Translations under genes and position numbers: made by a program
The notes under the pieces: generated by a model
What the model saw: the letters and a program-made list of their open reading frames with translations, nothing else
What the model was told of the DNA's origin: nothing
Database searches by the model: none
Part shown: positions 36,511-43,400 of the stretch, piece after piece
Numbering within the stretch: position 1 is the first letter of the stretch
Layout of the letters: every line of letters begins with the position of its first letter
Source of the DNA: Bdellovibrionota bacterium
GTDB taxonomy: Bacteria; Bdellovibrionota_C; UBA2361; OMIW01
NCBI GenBank assembly: GCA_044345055.1
Contig: JBIJBT010000013.1
Location: 1 to 43,400, forward strand
Reading direction: 5' to 3'
Length of the DNA stretch: 43,400 nt

Positions 36511-38094
36511 CTAAGTTGACTGAACCTCGGGTGGGACTACCGTCCCCCTATGCCCGTTGTGAACCTTTAACTGCTCAGAGCGTTCCCGATTCGCTTGCAA
36601 AGAGCGAACAACCGAAGGTTCAATCAATGAGACAAGTGGCTGAGGATACAGTCCGATCCAAAATACCAGAACCAACAACGGAGCAAGCGTCAAGGTCTCC
36701 ACTAACGACACATCACTTACATCTTCCTCGCGGGCTGGATTCATCTCACCGTACATTGTTCGCATGTAAAGAGTGAGCATATACACCGCCCCAAGAACTA
36801 CCCCGGCAAGGGCGATCGATGTTAGAAGCGGAAAGGTTGAAAAACTTCCTGAGAGGATCATAAATTCGCCAACAAATCCGTTTGTAAGCGGAAGGGCGAT
36901 TGAGCTGAGAGTAAACACGAGAAAAAGGAATGCAAAGACTGGCACCTTCCCTACGATTCCACCGTAGTCAGCAATAAGTCTGGTATGAGTACGATCATAC
37001 AAAACTCCTACCAGAAGAAATAACGCGCCGGTCGATATTCCGTGATTAATCATCTGCACGGCAGATCCAGTTACCGAAACCGCTGTTCCTGCCACCAGTC
37101 CCAGGACACAGTACCCTAGGTGAGAAACCGAGGAGTATGCCACTAGCTTTTTAATATCAGGCTGAACCCACGCAACGCACGCTCCGTAAATAATCCCTAT
37201 CACAGCAAGCACCGCTATAAAGAGTGAAAGGGCATCGGCGCCGTCTGGGAAAAGTGGATACGCAAACCGAAAAAGTCCATAAATACCCATCTTCAACAGA
37301 ACTCCCGCAAGGACAACTGAGCCACCGGTTGGGGCTTCAACGTGCGCGTCAGGCAGCCATGTATGAAGAGGAAACAATGGGACTTTGATGCACATCGCAA
37401 GCGCAAATGCTCCAAAGAGCCAAAGCTGTTCGTGAAGTGTGAAACGTGCTTGCAGCAGATCCGCAAGATTAAATGATGGAATACCGGAACCGCTCTGCTC
37501 GTAATATGTCCAGGCAGTATAGAGAATAGCCGAGAACATAAGGACGCTACCGAACACGGTATAAAGCACAAACTTCATACTCGCATATATTCGGCGCTTG
37601 CCTCCCCAAACGCCGATTATGAGATACATCGGCGCAAGCATGAATTCCCAAAATACGTAGAACAGAAAAACATCGAGCGCAACGAGTGTACCGAGCATCG
37701 CTGATTCGAGAACTAGCATACAGGCGATGTATCCACGAAGAGACTCACGCACCGAATGGGAAGCAATTATAACCAGCGGCATCAATATGGTCGTCAAAAG
37801 CATGAGCGACATACTTACGCCATCAACCCCTAATTCGTAACGAACACCGAGAGACTCAATCCAACGACTGGACTCAACTAATTGATAGCCAGCTGTTGTC
37901 GGAGAAAATCTATTCAGAGCCATCAGAGAAAGAGCAAGAGTCGCGAGACTCACTACGATCGCGGCGCTGCGTACCCTTGCGTGATTCTCAGCCGTATCGC
38001 CAGAGGGCAGCAATAGGAGGCTGAGCGCCCCCAGCAGCGGCAGCCACACTATCGCACTTAAAAACGGAAATCCGCTCCAGAGATCAACACTCAT
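36511..38094 (-). CDS. nuoM: NADH-quinone oxidoreductase subunit M
   Basis: LGVDG, FYVFWE, KVPLFPLHTWLPDAHVEAPT, KKLVAYSSVSH, GFVGEF; SD GGAGG. Confidence 0.96.
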   Translation of the reverse strand: MSVDLWSGFPFLSAIVWLPLLGALSLLLLPSGDTAENHARVRSAAIVVSLATLALSLMALNRFSPTTAGYQLVESSRWIESLGVRYELGVDGVSMSLMLLTTILMPLVIIASHSVRESLRGYIACMLVLESAMLGTLVALDVFLFYVFWEFMLAPMYLIIGVWGGKRRIYASMKFVLYTVFGSVLMFSAILYTAWTYYEQSGSGIPSFNLADLLQARFTLHEQLWLFGAFALAMCIKVPLFPLHTWLPDAHVEAPTGGSVVLAGVLLKMGIYGLFRFAYPLFPDGADALSLFIAVLAVIGIIYGACVAWVQPDIKKLVAYSSVSHLGYCVLGLVAGTAVSVTGSAVQMINHGISTGALFLLVGVLYDRTHTRLIADYGGIVGKVPVFAFLFLVFTLSSIALPLTNGFVGEFMILSGSFSTFPLLTSIALAGVVLGAVYMLTLYMRTMYGEMNPAREEDVSDVSLVETLTLAPLLVLVFWIGLYPQPLVSLIEPSVVRSLQANRERSEQLKVHNGHRGTVVPPEVQST

Positions 38095-38202
38095 ACAATC
38101 CTCCACAACCGACAGCTAATTCGCCATCGGCACCTCGGTGTGTCTACTTGCTCGGGTTTCTCCCGAGATTCGACTCGCATCAACACCTTTCCGTTTGCCT
38201 GT

Positions 38203-40104
38203 TTAAAATACAAGGTACACACCGATCATCGTCGCGGCAGCTACAAGAAGATATAGCGCATAATGACGAACATCCCCTGTCTGAGCGGTCCGCGCTATCT
38301 CACCTGAAATCTCTACTATCTCTCCCGTTCCATTCACAGTGGCATCAATAACACCTTGATCAACCCCTCTCCAAAGAACAACTGAGAGCACTTCGAGCGG
38401 CCGAACAATGACCGCGCGATAAAGCTCATCGATAAAATACTTCCCGAGAAGAGCTCGATGGACAAAGGGAAAAATAGCTGCTACACGCGAAGGAATGACC
38501 TTAAGCGGACCGTAAAACAACGCTCCCAACGCAACGCCGAGAAGACCAATCCACGAAGCAGCAAAAGCAGCTTGGGGTGACAATGAAGGGTGAGCGTGCG
38601 ATCGCGGTAGAACCCCCGAGAGATATTCCGGCAAATAGTGCTCAAGGAATACACCACCTGCAGTAGCAAGAATTGCAAGCACGATAAGTGGCAACACCAT
38701 TCTTACGGGTGACTCATGCGGGTGAGCGTGCCCTCGATATTCCCCGAAGAAGGTCAAAACCAAAGAACGGGTCATATAAAATGCAGTCAACCCAGCTGTC
38801 AGACTCGCCAAAACAAGCACTATCGGCGCAGCCATATGAACAAGTTGATTCGGGCTGTGAGCTAGGGCATCGAGGATAGCGTGCTTCGAGTGAAATCCGG
38901 CGAAGGGGTAAATACCAGCTATCGCGAATGTGCTTATCAAATATGTCACAAAGGTCAGAGGCATTAATCGCTTCAGACCACCCATCTGTCGCATGTCCTG
39001 CTCGTGGTGACATCCATGAATAACCGATCCCGCTCCAAGGAAGAGACACGCCTTAAAGAATGCGTGAGTAATGACGTGGAATAGAGCAACCCAGTATGCG
39101 CCCGCTCCCGCTGCCAAAAACATAAACCCGAGCTGACTTACTGTTGAATAGGCAAGCACCTTCTTTATGTCGTTCTGAGCGACCGCAATTGTCGCTGAGA
39201 TAAAGGCTGTTGCTGCGGCGACAAGAACAACGATTAATCCAAGATCGGGGCCCGCAGCATCAAAGAGGAATGCCATCCTAGCGAACAGATAGATTCCTGC
39301 CGTTACCATCGTTGCAGCGTGTATCAACGCCGAAACTGGTGTTGGACCAGCCATCGCATCGGGTAGCCACACGAACAACGGCAACTGCGCCGACTTTCCG
39401 GTTGCACCGACAAAAAGGCAGAAACCGATAATGGTACAAAGCGCTGAAAGTTCTTCATGATGAGCCGACACCGACGAAAACGCATCGGCGAGAGCAACAA
39501 AATCGAGTGTCTTGAAAGCCATTAAAAGGAGGAATATCCCGAGCAAAACCCCTGCGTCACCTATTCGATTTACAACGAAAGCCTTTCGCCCCGCTGCGCA
39601 ATAATCGAGATTCCGAAACCAAAAACCGATCAACAAATAGGAGCACAGCCCGACCCCCTCCCAGCCCACGAAGAGCACGAGTAGATTCCCCCCGAGGACC
39701 AACATAAGCATCGAGAAGAGGAAGAGATTCAGATAGGAGAAGAATCGGGGCATCCCCTCATCCTCTGCCATGTACGCTGTTGAATAGAGGTGAATAAGCG
39801 ATCCAATACCCGTAATAACGAGACACATGACAGCCGACAATCGATCGAGCCGTAATGTCATGTCAAATTGGTAATCGCCCGTTGCGAACCATTGCCACAA
39901 GACCGTCTCTTTCACAACGGTTGGCCCAAGATCTGCGACTCCCTTTAGAGTCAGCAAAAATGAAACGACCGCCGCTAGGGTGGCTATCACACCAGAGAAT
40001 ACTCTATTTTTCCGCCCGAGGGCGTAAGCAGCGACAGCTCCGATAAGCGGAGCTAACGGAATAAGAGCGGGATCTAACGAGGTAACAACCTGCCGAGCAT
40101 CCAT
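38203..40104 (-). CDS. nuoL: NADH-quinone oxidoreductase subunit L
   Basis: GWEGVG, NRIGD, GKSAQLPLFVWLPDAMAGPTPVSALIHAATMV, HAFFKA. Confidence 0.97.
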   Translation of the reverse strand: MDARQVVTSLDPALIPLAPLIGAVAAYALGRKNRVFSGVIATLAAVVSFLLTLKGVADLGPTVVKETVLWQWFATGDYQFDMTLRLDRLSAVMCLVITGIGSLIHLYSTAYMAEDEGMPRFFSYLNLFLFSMLMLVLGGNLLVLFVGWEGVGLCSYLLIGFWFRNLDYCAAGRKAFVVNRIGDAGVLLGIFLLLMAFKTLDFVALADAFSSVSAHHEELSALCTIIGFCLFVGATGKSAQLPLFVWLPDAMAGPTPVSALIHAATMVTAGIYLFARMAFLFDAAGPDLGLIVVLVAAATAFISATIAVAQNDIKKVLAYSTVSQLGFMFLAAGAGAYWVALFHVITHAFFKACLFLGAGSVIHGCHHEQDMRQMGGLKRLMPLTFVTYLISTFAIAGIYPFAGFHSKHAILDALAHSPNQLVHMAAPIVLVLASLTAGLTAFYMTRSLVLTFFGEYRGHAHPHESPVRMVLPLIVLAILATAGGVFLEHYLPEYLSGVLPRSHAHPSLSPQAAFAASWIGLLGVALGALFYGPLKVIPSRVAAIFPFVHRALLGKYFIDELYRAVIVRPLEVLSVVLWRGVDQGVIDATVNGTGEIVEISGEIARTAQTGDVRHYALYLLVAAATMIGVYLVF

Positions 40105-40107
40105 AAG

Positions 40108-40410
40108 TTACAACCTCAGTTCATTAGCCGACGTTGAATCAACGGACCTCGCAGTCCGAAAAAGAGCGATAAACAGAGCCAGTCCTACTGCTGCTTCAGC
40201 GGCGGCGACCACCATGACAAAGAAAACAGCGACCTGACCTGTGAGGTTCCCAACTAGTTGAGAGAACGCAACGAACGACAGATTTACTGCGTTGAGCATC
40301 AACTCTATGCACATAAACACAACTATAACGTTGCGGCGGGTAATTACCCCAACAGCACCGATTGAGAAAGTTATCGCCGAGATGGCGAGAATAGTGTGAA
40401 TGGATTCCAT
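40108..40410 (-). CDS. nuoK: NADH-quinone oxidoreductase subunit K
   Basis: [23 protein letters not shown]. Confidence 0.96.
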   Translation of the reverse strand: MESIHTILAISAITFSIGAVGVITRRNVIVVFMCIELMLNAVNLSFVAFSQLVGNLTGQVAVFFVMVVAAAEAAVGLALFIALFRTARSVDSTSANELRL

Positions 40411-40414
40411 GGAA

Positions 40415-40939
40415 TTACCTTTGTCCTGATTCGTTCGGCTCTTGATCGGGTGAAGAGATCCGGGCGCGGCGTCCGAGCGTTACGGCACCGACGACTGCGA
40501 TTAATATCAAGATAGAAGCGACCTCGAAACAATACACATAGTCAGTGTAAACCAAACGGCCGATCGCTTTTACAGTACCCTCCGGCTCGCCACCCTTTAG
40601 AGCCCCTTCTCCCCGAACAAAAAAGGGAAATACGAGCACCAGAAAGAGCCCTGCACCAAGCGCAGCGCCCGCCTGAAGCAGAAAATCAGACGCTCGCCGA
40701 GATTCCTCTTTCACATTGAGCAGCATCAGCACAAAAACTACGAGCACGACTATCGCACCCGCGTACACCAATATCTGCACCGCCGCAAGAAAATGGGCGT
40801 TCATCACGGCATAAAAAGCAGCCACCGTCACCAAATTTCCAACGAGAGCTAAAGCACTCACGATGGGGCTACGAGCAGCCACCACCGCTACCGCGGAGAC
40901 AAGCATGAGAACTGATAAGAGCGCGACCGCTACCGACAT
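40415..40939 (-). CDS. nuoJ: NADH-quinone oxidoreductase subunit J
   Basis: [34 protein letters not shown]. Confidence 0.95.
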   Translation of the reverse strand: MSVAVALLSVLMLVSAVAVVAARSPIVSALALVGNLVTVAAFYAVMNAHFLAAVQILVYAGAIVVLVVFVLMLLNVKEESRRASDFLLQAGAALGAGLFLVLVFPFFVRGEGALKGGEPEGTVKAIGRLVYTDYVYCFEVASILILIAVVGAVTLGRRARISSPDQEPNESGQR

Positions 40940-41022
40940 AACTGACCCTTTCTAAAGTTGCGTTCCGGTGCCCATTTCTTTAAAAGGGGCATTTCCGAAA
41001 GATCCTCTTTCTCCCCTTCCCT

Positions 41023-42114
41023 TTACTGCCTAAAAAGCAAGAGACGAATAGCCGCAGTAACCATCAGATTCACCATCGACAGAGGCAGGAGGACCTTCCA
41101 ACCAAGCGACATAAGTTGATCAAATCGAAAGCGGGGCAAAGTCCATCTGATTATTATCTGAAGCATCGAGAGGACTACCACTTTGCCCATCAGCACGCCG
41201 TGACCGATCAGAGCCGTCCACCACATCCCCTGAGGAAGGGTGACAAAAGGTATCTCCCATCCACCGAAGAAAAGAATAGCCAGAAGAAGCGAAAAGAGCC
41301 CTATTTCAGCAAATTCTCCTAGCCAGAAAATCAAAAACTTCATACCGGAGTATTCGGTAAAATATCCCGCTACAAGCTCCGATTCACTTTCGGGAAGATC
41401 AAAAGGACCACGCTTGGTTTCAGCCATTCCAACGATGAATAGGATAAAAAAGCCAAGAGGCTGAGAAACGATCCCCCAATTTAGTATTGACCCTGCCTGC
41501 TGTTCAACCATTTTATACGGATCAAGCGTTTGAAAGATGACCGCCGCCGCCACGAAACAGAGACCCATCGCAAGCTCATACGAGACCATCTGAGCAGCAG
41601 CCCGCAGACCTCCGAGAAGAGAAAACTTATTATTTCCGGTCCACCCCGCCATTGCGACCCCGTATACCGAAAGGGAACCCATCGCGAGGATAAATAAAAG
41701 ACCTGAATCTATCGGTGCAACCTGTGGAAGAATATGATAGCCAGCTATCGAGAACTCTGGAGCAATCGGAATAGCCGCAAACGCAACAAAAACTGGAAGA
41801 ACTGCAAGAAAAGGCCCAAGGGCATGCATTATTGTTGAGGTTCCTTCCGGGACAAAATCCTCTTTAAGGAGAGCTTTTACTGCATCACACAGCAGCGTGT
41901 TAATAACTCCCAAAATTCCTAGCCACCGGACAAGAAAGAAGGCTGGTTTGAGAGGAATAATGGAGGTCTTAAAGTATGCACCCGCACGATTTGCACCAAT
42001 CCGATTCTGAATGAGCGCTGATCCTTTTCGCTCGAACCAGGTGCAAAAGGAGGATAGTCCCATAATGATGTTGAACAGGAAGAAAACCTTAATACCTAAA
42101 ATCAGAAGTTCCAT
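41023..42114 (-). CDS. nuoH: NADH-quinone oxidoreductase subunit H
   Basis: ERK...Q.RIG.N, GGLRAAAQMVSYE, AETKRGPFDLPESESELVAGYFTEYSG, PRFRFDQLM. Confidence 0.96.
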   Translation of the reverse strand: MELLILGIKVFFLFNIIMGLSSFCTWFERKGSALIQNRIGANRAGAYFKTSIIPLKPAFFLVRWLGILGVINTLLCDAVKALLKEDFVPEGTSTIMHALGPFLAVLPVFVAFAAIPIAPEFSIAGYHILPQVAPIDSGLLFILAMGSLSVYGVAMAGWTGNNKFSLLGGLRAAAQMVSYELAMGLCFVAAAVIFQTLDPYKMVEQQAGSILNWGIVSQPLGFFILFIVGMAETKRGPFDLPESESELVAGYFTEYSGMKFLIFWLGEFAEIGLFSLLLAILFFGGWEIPFVTLPQGMWWTALIGHGVLMGKVVVLSMLQIIIRWTLPRFRFDQLMSLGWKVLLPLSMVNLMVTAAIRLLLFRQ

Positions 42115-42192
42115 ATCCCGCTCTATCTCCGCTCTCCGTTCCCCTCTGCCACGTCGACTGTGACGCGCTCCACTATTCTTTACACACTTGCC

Positions 42193-43400
42193 CTAACAGT
42201 TCAGCTTTATACCCCCAGCCTTAATGGCGGCGATTCGCATTCCTTTGAGCTGTTCCTCAGACCCTAGTATCGCGAGAGTAAGCTCTCGATCATTAGAAGA
42301 GGTAACAAGAGGCGCGCCCGATGCTCGAGCCCATTCATTTATGAAGCGCCACTCCGGAACTGTTCCCTCAAGAAGCTCAACAATACGGTCAGTGTATTGA
42401 ACTATGTTGTTGCGGTTGACCATCAGACCGCTGTTCTCAAGAATACTTCGCCCGGGAACAACGATTTGAGCTGCTCCAGCAAGTGGTGATTCCTTATCTG
42501 TGCCTACACTTAATGATTGCTGCGCTCCCTTTATCGCCCCGAGAGTCTCGTAATCGAGATCGCTTTTAATGATTGAACGCTCACCTATCAGGAAGATTCG
42601 GGAGAAAAGACCCGCTCTCAACTTACGAAGTACCAACTCGTATTGATGAGATGGCTCAGCATCAAGCAACCCAGCGACCTGTGCACCCCGAATATTGGAC
42701 GCATAATCGGGACTTACAAGAATCGCCTCAAGGTCAGTGAGCGCTCGTTCACGATAGGCGACCGCAACCACTGCTCGGGGAAAGCGCTGCCTTAAGAATC
42801 GTTTCAGCAGCACGAACTCCTCGAGCAGCAGGTCAGGCGATACAAGCACCCCAACCTCCTCATCAGAGGATTTCGGAAGAGCGCGGATCGCATCATCGAT
42901 CTTCACCGCCGCTCCTTTTAAGGTCGGCGCCACTAGTCTTGCTGCGGGAAGGAATCGCTCAAAGCCGTAACGCCCCTCATCGCAGAGCCATTCTTTGTTT
43001 ACGGACTCGTTGTAACGAGCCTTGACCTGCACAACCTCGAACTTGTCCCGAACCGCAACCCGAACGTTACACCCTGTTGAACAACCTGGACAGATAGCAT
43101 CGGTTTGTTTTGAGAACCAGATTCGAGAATTAAATCTCCACTCACGATGGGTTAATGCTCCAACTGGACAGAGATCGACAACTGTTCCGGAAAGTGGGTT
43201 AGCAAGAGGTCGATCGGGACTCACTGCGATCACAGTTCGATCACCTCTATTCAATAGACCAAGCTCTGACGTTCCTGTTACCTCATCGCAGAAACGCACG
43301 CACCGAGAACACATGATGCACCGCTCGCCATCGAGCATCACGGTCGGCCCGAGCGGCTCGGCCTTCACCTTGTGCACCTTGTCTTCGATAAATCTACTCG
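42193..43400 (-). CDS. nuoG: NADH-quinone oxidoreductase subunit G, short form (5' truncated by window edge)
   Basis: RCIMCSRCVRFC, DLCPVGAL, CPGCSTGC...WLCDEGR; frame open to the window end; directly upstream of nuoH. Confidence 0.9.
   Translation of the reverse strand, partial: SRFIEDKVHKVKAEPLGPTVMLDGERCIMCSRCVRFCDEVTGTSELGLLNRGDRTVIAVSPDRPLANPLSGTVVDLCPVGALTHREWRFNSRIWFSKQTDAICPGCSTGCNVRVAVRDKFEVVQVKARYNESVNKEWLCDEGRYGFERFLPAARLVAPTLKGAAVKIDDAIRALPKSSDEEVGVLVSPDLLLEEFVLLKRFLRQRFPRAVVAVAYRERALTDLEAILVSPDYASNIRGAQVAGLLDAEPSHQYELVLRKLRAGLFSRIFLIGERSIIKSDLDYETLGAIKGAQQSLSVGTDKESPLAGAAQIVVPGRSILENSGLMVNRNNIVQYTDRIVELLEGTVPEWRFINEWARASGAPLVTSSNDRELTLAILGSEEQLKGMRIAAIKAGGIKLNC

Overview
A mostly housekeeping window from a diderm bacterium; a Bdellovibrionota/Myxococcota-like lineage is only an inference from gene content. 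Core genes: 3' end of mazG, two L,D-transpeptidases, an orphan nuoA behind tRNA-Arg(UCU), an RluA-family synthase, an lpdA-lipB-fused E1-E2 2-oxoacid dehydrogenase operon, rsmD, ftsE-ftsX-envC, mlaE/mlaF-like genes, radD/yejH, a FadF-like Fe-S oxidoreductase, HU with a Lys/Ala tail, and nuoG-H-J-K-L-M-N without nuoI. There are two accessory pockets. The first (301-1745) has a 104-bp MITE with a 9-bp target duplication and an Rpn-like PD-(D/E)XK gene. The second (~24900-27820) is an Rpn + Fic islet bracketed by two copies of a ~39-bp repeat. The most notable unexplained signals are a ~142-nt structured RNA candidate upstream of ftsE, SD-preceded in-frame internal starts in both Rpn genes (candidate intragenic antitoxins), and intact proteins lacking canonical functional residues (PHP, FHA, possibly EEP). 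All structures and alignments were read by eye; no searches were run.
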